DNA of 64,000 nucleotides from Escherichia coli (GTDB lineage Bacteria; Pseudomonadota; Gammaproteobacteria; Enterobacterales; Enterobacteriaceae): NCBI RefSeq assembly GCF_024502345.1, contig NZ_JALDNN010000001.1; one strand, 5' to 3'. Shown piece by piece: positions 57,047 to 64,000 of this stretch (position 1 is its first letter; each line of letters starts with the position of its first letter). The notes under the pieces were generated by a model. It saw only the letters and a program-made list of their open reading frames with translations, ran no database searches and was not told where the DNA came from. The position numbers and the translations under genes were made by a program.

Positions 57047-58087
57047 ATGAAATCAGTGGTGAATGATACTGATGGTATCGTGCGCGTTGCAGAAAGCGTC
57101 ATTCCTGAAATTAAACATCAGGATGAGGTGCGGGTAAAAATTGCCAGCTCGGGCTTATGTGGTTCCGATTTACCCAGGATATTTAAAAATGGTGCACATT
57201 ATTATCCAATAACGTTAGGCCATGAATTTAGCGGCTATATTGATGCGGTGGGATCCGGTGTTGATGATTTACATCCTGGCGATGCGGTTGCCTGTGTGCC
57301 GTTATTACCCTGTTTTACTTGTCCAGAGTGTCTGAAAGGGTTTTATTCCCAGTGCGCAAAATATGATTTTATTGGCTCACGGCGTGATGGTGGATTTGCC
57401 GAATATATTGTCGTTAAGCGGAAAAATGTCTTTGCTCTACCCACGGATATGCCTATTGAGGATGGGGCTTTTATTGAACCGATTACCGTTGGCCTGCATG
57501 CTTTTCATTTAGCGCAAGGTTGTGAGAATAAAAACGTTATTATTATTGGTGCCGGAACCATTGGCCTGCTGGCTATTCAGTGCGCTGTCGCGCTGGGAGC
57601 AAAGAGTGTGACGGCGATCGACATTAGCTCAGAAAAACTGGCACTGGCAAAATCTTTCGGTGCGATGCAAACATTTAACAGTAGCGAAATGAGCGCGCCG
57701 CAAATGCAGGGCGTTTTACGCGAGCTGCGCTTTAATCAGCTTATCCTCGATACGGCTGGCGTACCGCAAACTGTCGAACTGGCGGTAGAGATTGCCGGTC
57801 CTCATGCCCAACTGGCGCTGGTGGGGACGTTGCATCAGGATCTGCATTTAACATCGGCAACGTTTGGCAAAATATTGCGTAAAGAGCTGACGGTTATCGG
57901 CAGTTGGATGAACTACTCCAGCCCTTGGCCGGGGCAGGAGTGGGAAACGGCGAGCCGGTTGCTGACAGAACGTAAGTTAAGTCTGGAGCCATTAATCGCT
58001 CACCGTGGAAGCTTTGAAAGCTTCGCCCAGGCGGTGCGTGACATCGCTCGTAATGCTATGCCGGGCAAAGTGTTGCTCATTCCCTGA
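57047..58087 (+). CDS. gatD: galactitol-1-phosphate 5-dehydrogenase (Zn-dependent MDR)
   Basis: 346-aa ORF with Zn-ADH-type Cys/His motifs and GxGxxG. Confidence 0.9.
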   Translation: MKSVVNDTDGIVRVAESVIPEIKHQDEVRVKIASSGLCGSDLPRIFKNGAHYYPITLGHEFSGYIDAVGSGVDDLHPGDAVACVPLLPCFTCPECLKGFYSQCAKYDFIGSRRDGGFAEYIVVKRKNVFALPTDMPIEDGAFIEPITVGLHAFHLAQGCENKNVIIIGAGTIGLLAIQCAVALGAKSVTAIDISSEKLALAKSFGAMQTFNSSEMSAPQMQGVLRELRFNQLILDTAGVPQTVELAVEIAGPHAQLALVGTLHQDLHLTSATFGKILRKELTVIGSWMNYSSPWPGQEWETASRLLTERKLSLEPLIAHRGSFESFAQAVRDIARNAMPGKVLLIP

Positions 58088-58192
58088 AACCGCGGGCCAG
58101 CGTGATGCTGGCCCGGTATTGTGCAAAACAGATCATTCACCAATGGTCCCCCTTCGTTTACACTAGCCACAATTGAATATGGGTAAATGACG

Positions 58193-58966
58193 ATGAATTC
58201 ATTCGAGCGAAGGAATAAGATCATCCAATTAGTGAATGAACAGGGAACCGTGCTTGTTCAGGATCTGGCGGGAGTATTTGCTGCCTCGGAAGCGACAATC
58301 CGTGCCGATTTGCGCTTTCTCGAACAAAAAGGCGTGGTTACGCGCTTTCATGGCGGTGCGGCGAAAATAATGTCCGGTAATAGTGAAACCGAGACCCAGG
58401 AAGTCGGGTTTAAAGAGCGATTTCAGCTCGCCAGCGCGCCAAAAAACAGAATAGCGCAGGCGGCAGTCAAAATGATCCACGAAGGGATGACCGTTATTCT
58501 CGACAGCGGAAGTACGACAATGCTTATCGCCGAAGGATTAATGACCGCCAAAAATATCACGGTGATTACCAACAGTCTCCCGGCAGCGTTTGCCCTTTCC
58601 GAAAATAAAGACATTACTCTGGTCGTCTGTGGTGGCACGGTCCGCCATAAAACGCGCTCGATGCATGGTTCCATTGCCGAGCGTTCATTGCAGGATATTA
58701 ATGCCGATTTAATGTTTGTCGGTGCTGATGGTATTGATGCGGTTAATGGTATTACGACCTTTAATGAAGGTTATTCGATTAGCGGTGCGATGGTCACCGC
58801 CGCTAATAAAGTGATTGCCGTTCTCGATTCATCGAAATTTAATCGTCGCGGTTTTAATCAGGTACTGCCAATCGAAAAAATTGACATTATTATTACCGAT
58901 GATGCTGTGTCAGAGGTGGATAAACTGGCATTGCAGAAGACACGGGTAAAATTAATTACGGTGTAG
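58193..58966 (+). CDS. gatR: DeoR-family repressor of the gat operon, intact
   Basis: Uninterrupted ORF with N-terminal DeoR HTH; start trimmed to MNSFERRNKIIQL. Confidence 0.85.
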   Translation: MNSFERRNKIIQLVNEQGTVLVQDLAGVFAASEATIRADLRFLEQKGVVTRFHGGAAKIMSGNSETETQEVGFKERFQLASAPKNRIAQAAVKMIHEGMTVILDSGSTTMLIAEGLMTAKNITVITNSLPAAFALSENKDITLVVCGGTVRHKTRSMHGSIAERSLQDINADLMFVGADGIDAVNGITTFNEGYSISGAMVTAANKVIAVLDSSKFNRRGFNQVLPIEKIDIIITDDAVSEVDKLALQKTRVKLITV

Positions 58967-58969
58967 TAT

Positions 58970-59030
58970 TGTTCTGTATGCCGGATAAGGTGTTTACACC
59001 GCATCCGGCATTACGGATTCTCTCTGGTTC
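58970..59030. repeat. REP-type palindromic element
   Basis: tgccggataaggtgtttacaccgcatccggca between convergent gatR and yegS. Confidence 0.6.
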
Positions 59031-59047
59031 AAGAGAGAATAGTTTGA

Positions 59048-59947
59048 TTAACGCAATAATGGGCAATCTGGTGGTAATCGACAACGCAACGCCGCCGGAA
59101 GTATTTCAATATGGAAGTTTTGCCCACTCAACGGTTCGCCATCAAGATTAAAAGTGATTTCGTGTGGGGCTTGTATATCAAACCACGACGAAGCGCCTTC
59201 GATAATATTCGGGTTATCTTCGTCAGATTTTAAGGTTGATACGAGAGCTGGAAGAATTTCATCGCCGGTAAAAATGCGCAGTTGCAGCAAGCCATCGTTA
59301 ATTAACGCGTTCGGACACAATTGCTGACCGCCACCGGCCTGACGCCCGTTACCAATACCAATGACCAGGGCGTCACCTTGCCAGTGAAAGTTTTCACCGT
59401 GGATTTCACAACGGTCCGGTTGCAGAGTATCCATGCGCATTAAGCCATGAATGATATAAGAGACGCCACCCAGCGCGGCTTTTAATTTTTCCGGCGTTTC
59501 TGTGGTAATACGCGTCCCAAATCCGCCTGTCGCCATATTAATAAAACAGGTTTGTTTGTTGACCTGCGCCATATCTATCGCAATGGCGTTACCGGCAATT
59601 GCCAGTTTCAGCGCCTTATCCAGTGCCTCAGGAATCCCTACACTGGTGGCAAAATCATTGGCGGTTCCTAATGGCAAAATTCCCAGCGCGGGTATGTTAT
59701 CCCCCTCACACTGAATCAACGCCGTAGAAACTTCATTAATGGTGCCATCGCCACCACCGGCAATCACCGTTGCGACGCCCAACTTCCGGGCCTCCTCTAC
59801 ATATCGTGCGGCATCGCCTTTCTCCCAGGTGACCCGCACATGGATCGTCATTCCTTCCTCACGCAACAGCATAATTGCTTCGCGCAATGGTAAATTGTCA
59901 GTACTTTTGCCATTAAGAATCAGTAAGCTGGCGGGAAATTCTGCCAT
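59048..59947 (-). CDS. yegS: lipid kinase (DAGK-like catalytic domain)
   Basis: 299-aa ORF with GGDGT motif. Confidence 0.85.
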   Translation of the reverse strand: MAEFPASLLILNGKSTDNLPLREAIMLLREEGMTIHVRVTWEKGDAARYVEEARKLGVATVIAGGGDGTINEVSTALIQCEGDNIPALGILPLGTANDFATSVGIPEALDKALKLAIAGNAIAIDMAQVNKQTCFINMATGGFGTRITTETPEKLKAALGGVSYIIHGLMRMDTLQPDRCEIHGENFHWQGDALVIGIGNGRQAGGGQQLCPNALINDGLLQLRIFTGDEILPALVSTLKSDEDNPNIIEGASSWFDIQAPHEITFNLDGEPLSGQNFHIEILPAALRCRLPPDCPLLR

Positions 59948-60360
59948 GATCGTATGTGCCTTTATGATTGGTCTGTAGATAGTGTAGAGCAGAAAAGAAA
60001 AGGTGGAGTCAGAACAGGATGAAAGTCGGAGGATAAAAAGTCAGTTCAAGTATGGGGGATTCAGTGGTTACCACCAGGAGCTTGCAATGGGAACAGCGAA
60101 TATTAACGGTAGCCACCGATAAATTTCAAAAAAGAGCATATGCCTAATATTCAACCAAACAGTGGCATCTTAAATATACTATTCCAAATATATTAAAGTC
60201 CCATGGAGTTACCTGGAAAGGGCCTTCATGTCTGTAATTCCTACTTATGTAGGAAATGTTGTACAGAACATTTATTATAATCCTATTCAAATATAATAAT
60301 CAGCCATTATTATATTTAAACACTAGAGAGTGTCGTTGGTATTTAATGGGGAAAGGTGAG

Positions 60361-60678
60361 ATGAAAAAGATAGCTGCTATATCATTAATTAGTATTTTTC
60401 TTATGTCTGGTTGTGCTGTGCATAATGATGAGACAAGTATCGGTAAATTTGGTCTTGCATATAAAAGTAATATTCAGCGTAAACTCGATAACCAATACTA
60501 CACCGAAGCCGAAGCTTCTTTAGCCAGGGGCAGAATATCTGGTGCAGAAAATATAGTAAAAAATGATGCAGCCCATTTCTGTGTTACTCAGGGCAAAAAA
60601 ATGCAGATAGTTGACCTGAAGACAGAAGGTGCAGGATTACATGGCGTCGCTCGTCTGACATTCAAATGTGGAGAGTGA
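60361..60678 (+). CDS. yegR: small lipoprotein YegR
   Basis: 105 aa from MKKIAAISLISIFLMSGC lipobox; ORF track shows a longer 60256 start that I consider less likely. Confidence 0.7.
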   Translation: MKKIAAISLISIFLMSGCAVHNDETSIGKFGLAYKSNIQRKLDNQYYTEAEASLARGRISGAENIVKNDAAHFCVTQGKKMQIVDLKTEGAGLHGVARLTFKCGE

Positions 60679-60836
60679 GAATATTTTTTGGTAAGCGTCA
60701 AACATGCGCGTTCTGGTTGTGCTTAGCCGGAACCTGTGCGAGCACGATGCCGTTACGTGAAAGGCATCGTGCTATGAAGGGAGATTCTATCGATGTGGTC
60801 AATGGAAGACGGTGGCCAGGGATAGGGCTTATGCAT

Positions 60837-60863
60837 AAAAAATAAGCCCGTGTAAGGGAGATT
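60837..60863. other. P2-type attachment-site core (prophage left junction)
   Basis: aaaaaataagcccgtgtaagggagatt, matching the 27-nt P2 att core as I recall it; lies just outside the 3' end of the integrase gene. Confidence 0.7.
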
Positions 60864-60942
60864 TAGGGTGTCACCAGTAGGGGCTTTCAACGGTACAATG
60901 CGGGTTTGAGCGGCATAAATTACCACTGAAAGCCCTTAAACG

Positions 60943-61956
60943 TTACTCTACTGTGGACACTGTGTGGACACTCTCGGCCTCAGTACCACCTCTTAGCGGA
61001 TTAAGAGAAATGGCGTCCTGAAGGTACTCTGGCGCAAAATGAGCGTAAACCATAGTTTGCTCAATCCGCGTGTGACCTAGTATCCGTTGTAGCGTGATAA
61101 TACTTCCTCCATTAATCATGAAATGAGTGGCAAAGCTGTGCCTTAGTGCATGTGTGGCTTGCCCCATTGGCAAATCCGGTTTTATTGCTTTCATTGTTCG
61201 TCTGAAGCGAGGGTAATCAGCATCAGGGAATAAAAAACCTCGTTTGTTATCCGCGATCATTTTGGCAACAGCCTCTGAGATCGGGACGGTGCGTGGTTTG
61301 TTTGTTTTCGTTTTAACAAACGTGACGCGGTTATGGATGATATTTTCTGCTTTCAAACGAGCTGCTTCTCCCCAACGCGCTCCTGTACTCAGGCAAAGAA
61401 TCGCAATCTTTTTATTGTCGCCGTCAAGTGCTGCAAGCAGTAAGGCAATTTCTTCCTGTGTGAGATAGCCTGTTTCTGGTTTTTCCTCCTTAAGCCTCTT
61501 TGTCCCTCTGATAGGGTGCTCACCAAAGAATAACTCCGCTTCAATCAGGGCTGTAAACATGCCGCTAATACATGTTAAATCACGATTGATACTCGAAGGT
61601 TTAATACCCTGACTTCTTCGGGTGGCGCAGTACTGGCTGATAAGGGATTTCGTGATTTGAAATGCGCATGGGTCATTCGTTATTTTTGTGAAGATTTCAA
61701 TTTTTCCAAGATTAGATTTCCCATGCTCTTCGTGTTTACCCTTTAAATCCCACCAGATCTGTGTCAGTTCCGACAGACGTCGTTTGTCTGTTGGTTTTGA
61801 TAGCCATTCTTTATTGTGGTGGTTGTACAACGTGTATTTTTCGAAAGCGACAGCTTCGCTTTTCTTATCAAATTTCCTACGGATGCGTTTTCCGTTACGT
61901 CCAGTAGGGCGGATGTCCACTTCATATCGACCATCATCGAGTTTTTTGATTGCCAT
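60943..61956 (-). CDS. int: P2-like tyrosine integrase
   Basis: 337-aa ORF MAIKKLDDGRYEVDIRPTGRNGKRIRRKF... with C-terminal R..HxxR..Y catalytic motif region (HALRHSFATHF...GHTRIEQTMVYAHF). Confidence 0.9.
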   Translation of the reverse strand: MAIKKLDDGRYEVDIRPTGRNGKRIRRKFDKKSEAVAFEKYTLYNHHNKEWLSKPTDKRRLSELTQIWWDLKGKHEEHGKSNLGKIEIFTKITNDPCAFQITKSLISQYCATRRSQGIKPSSINRDLTCISGMFTALIEAELFFGEHPIRGTKRLKEEKPETGYLTQEEIALLLAALDGDNKKIAILCLSTGARWGEAARLKAENIIHNRVTFVKTKTNKPRTVPISEAVAKMIADNKRGFLFPDADYPRFRRTMKAIKPDLPMGQATHALRHSFATHFMINGGSIITLQRILGHTRIEQTMVYAHFAPEYLQDAISLNPLRGGTEAESVHTVSTVE

Positions 61957-62071
61957 CAGAAAACCCTCCGAGTGGTACTTTTTTTTGCTACTACTAATCG
62001 CTTTTTTCGTGGTGGCTGAAATTTAGCCACCAATAGTAGGCACTTGTGATGAATATATTCACGATAAATTG

Positions 62072-62371
62072 TTAACCAGTCTTTTGACCGGAGTGGGGCG
62101 ACGTTGTTTCGTTTTGCCCAAAGTGTGCGAGAGCGGGCGCAATTTGCCCGGCTTCTGGAGCTACCTGATCAGTCATGAACCACAAAGTATATTTAGTAAA
62201 TCTAGGATGTTGTAAGACCTTCATTATGGCTTCAACTCCAGCGTTTTTTGACCGGCTCTCATAGCTCGAAAGTGAGCTGTAGGCTACACCAGTTAATTCA
62301 CTGAATTCTTTACGGTTTAACCTTTCAGATTCACGGATTAGCTTCAACTTCTCCGAAACGTCTATTGACAT
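62072..62371 (-). CDS. C: P2-type immunity repressor C
   Basis: 99 aa from MSIDVSEKLKLIRESERLNRKEF...; HTH; divergent from cox, as in P2 early region. Confidence 0.8.
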   Translation of the reverse strand: MSIDVSEKLKLIRESERLNRKEFSELTGVAYSSLSSYESRSKNAGVEAIMKVLQHPRFTKYTLWFMTDQVAPEAGQIAPALAHFGQNETTSPHSGQKTG

Positions 62372-62492
62372 AATTACTCCGATTGCGTAATTTCTTGCTG
62401 ATAGTGTGAAATGTTGTGCTTCTGGAGTTATCCTTTTAGGCAATAATTAGCCATTAGGAGCCATTAGAAGCACTAAGGGAGAATCGTAGCAG

Positions 62493-62768
62493 ATGAATAG
62501 ACAGCTTGTAAGCGTGACTGATGCCGTGCCTTATCAGGAGTTTGCAAAACTCATTGGTAAAACTCCAAGAGCTGTAAGGGGCATGATTGAGAAAGGGAAA
62601 TTACCAGTTATTGAGATTACTGACCCTCAGTCAGTATCGGGGCGTGCTGGTGAATATTGGGTATACCTTCCGGCATGGAATAACGGACTAAAACTGGCTT
62701 ATGAAAGCCGTCCTAAAGAGATTCGTGACGGCTGGTTGATGTGGTTAGGTCTCGGTGAACCACGTTAA
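62493..62768 (+). CDS. cox: P2-type Cox excisionase/transcriptional switch protein
   Basis: 91-aa ORF MNRQLVSVTDAVPYQEFAKLIGKTPRAVRGMIEKGKLPVIE... Confidence 0.85.
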   Translation: MNRQLVSVTDAVPYQEFAKLIGKTPRAVRGMIEKGKLPVIEITDPQSVSGRAGEYWVYLPAWNNGLKLAYESRPKEIRDGWLMWLGLGEPR

Positions 62769-62949
62769 GGAGAACCGTATGAATGAGCCGCGTTGTATTG
62801 CTCAGTTATTGCGTAACGAAAGCCCCAGGGCGATTGACTTCACCATCACCCACGGGAAGGGACGCAAGGGAATCATTATCCGCACCAAAAAACAGAGTCC
62901 GTTAAAGAAGGCTCTGACCTTTCTGAAAAGCCGGAGGGTCTGGAAATGA
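62755..62949 (+). CDS. P2 early-region small ORF (orf78-like)
   Basis: 64-aa ORF overlapping cox end and B start. Confidence 0.6.
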   Translation: MNHVKENRMNEPRCIAQLLRNESPRAIDFTITHGKGRKGIIIRTKKQSPLKKALTFLKSRRVWK

Positions 62950-63446
62950 CAGTGATGACGCTCAATCTCGTTGAAAAACAGCCAGCAGCTATGCGCCGGA
63001 TAATTGGTAAGCATCTTGCCGTCCCTCGCTGGCAGGAGACATGTGATTATTATAATCAGATGATGGAACGTGAACGGCTAACGGTTTGCTTCCATGCGCA
63101 GTTAAAACAACGTCACGCAACGATGCGTTTCGAAGAAATGAACGATGTCGAACGTGAACGGCTGGTTTGTGCAATTGATGAATTGCGTGGGGCATTCTCA
63201 AAACGCCGTCAGGTCGGTGCAAGTGAGTATGCATATATTAGTTTTTTAACAGTCAGTCAGCGTCGTACTTTATTTATGCATGCCGGATTGACTGAAAAAG
63301 AATTCAACCAGCCATACTGGCGAATTAATGAAGAATCATGTTACTGGCGTGATGCTTTATTCCGTGCATTACGTGAATTATTCAGCCTGTTTGAGTATGC
63401 ACCGACAATTCTGACGTCGGTAAAACCAGAGCAATATCTGCATTAA
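62946..63446 (+). CDS. B: P2-type replication protein B
   Basis: 166-aa ORF in the position of P2 gene B. Confidence 0.75.
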   Translation: MTVMTLNLVEKQPAAMRRIIGKHLAVPRWQETCDYYNQMMERERLTVCFHAQLKQRHATMRFEEMNDVERERLVCAIDELRGAFSKRRQVGASEYAYISFLTVSQRRTLFMHAGLTEKEFNQPYWRINEESCYWRDALFRALRELFSLFEYAPTILTSVKPEQYLH

Positions 63447-63476
63447 GTAATTAACCAGAGTTTTTAACGCACTTAA

Positions 63477-63734
63477 TTGTGCGGGGCTTCTTTTTGCCTG
63501 GAGAAAGTCATGCATACAGTTTCTGAAAATCAGTGCGGTAAATACGCATTACTGCTGCAACAGGCCAGAACCGAAGCACAGGCCGACGCAGCGACGCGCT
63601 TTTCTTCTCATCTTGACGCCATGATTCGCCACATCACAAAGGCGGAGTTATCCCGCGTGGAGATAGTCGAGCTGCTCAGTCAGGAGTCGGAAAAATTTCA
63701 CAATATCGGATTGTCTCGCGGGGAGGTACTTTGA
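63477..63734 (+). CDS. P2 early-region small ORF (orf80-like)
   Basis: 85-aa ORF after B. Confidence 0.6.
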   Translation: MCGASFCLEKVMHTVSENQCGKYALLLQQARTEAQADAATRFSSHLDAMIRHITKAELSRVEIVELLSQESEKFHNIGLSRGEVL

Positions 63735-64000
63735 TGTCCTGTTCTCATTCAGTTGTATTACTGAATAACGCCTTAAAAATCGCCGTTATGGAAAATGGTG
63801 ATTTGTCTCTTATTCAACTTGGTCTTGATAAAGAAAAACGCGACATCACTGAATCTGTTATCGCGATTTATCAGAATGAATTAAACCTCCTGTCTGATGT
63901 GGTCAATTTACTTGTTAAACGCGCTGTATTCCACAAGCAAATTTCCTCAGTGGATGAACTGACAAAATTAACGACAGAACTTGCCTGTTATTGCGCTGAT
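63734..64000 (+). CDS. P2 early-region ORF (orf81-like), cut by window edge
   Basis: ATG at 63734 overlapping previous stop; frame stays open to window end. Confidence 0.5.
   Translation, partial: MSCSHSVVLLNNALKIAVMENGDLSLIQLGLDKEKRDITESVIAIYQNELNLLSDVVNLLVKRAVFHKQISSVDELTKLTTELACYCAD

Noticed and set aside
60256-60360. Longer yegR start at 60256 from the ORF track
   Set aside because: The extension lacks a signal peptide and precedes a lipoprotein signal sequence beginning MKKIAAISLISIFLMSGC at 60361, which I take as the real start

Overview
This window is a contiguous stretch of Escherichia coli chromosome, in reverse orientation to the K-12 map, running yohD-yohC-pbpG-dld-bglX-osmF/yehYXW-mlrA-btsSR-yehSRQPML-yehKI-molR-metG-apbC-yehEDCBA-rcnBAR-thiMD-yegXWVUT-fbaB-gatYZABCD-gatR-yegS-yegR and ending in the left end of a P2-like prophage. 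Gene identities rest on reading the translated ORFs and on synteny recalled from E. coli K-12; no database search was run, so all K-12 comparisons are from memory. Content that looks accessory or strain-specific: (1) a tandemly duplicated zor-orz-like type I toxin-antitoxin locus between yehL and yehK; (2) an IS1 copy inside yehC and an IS903 copy inside yehB, each with target-site duplications; (3) in-frame stop codons in yehM, yehB and yegX; (4) a roughly 2.1 kb AT-rich islet between rcnR and the thiM TPP riboswitch carrying two small secreted-protein genes, a 79-aa ORF and probable gene remnants; (5) a P2-like prophage junction (att core, int, C, cox, B) beside yegR. No CRISPR array, tRNA or rRNA gene was seen. 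The best candidate for something undescribed is the rcnR-thiM islet, but it has no large enzymatic gene and I cannot assign it a function from sequence alone. The conserved yehLMPQ and molR/yehI loci are worth attention as uncharacterised core systems.
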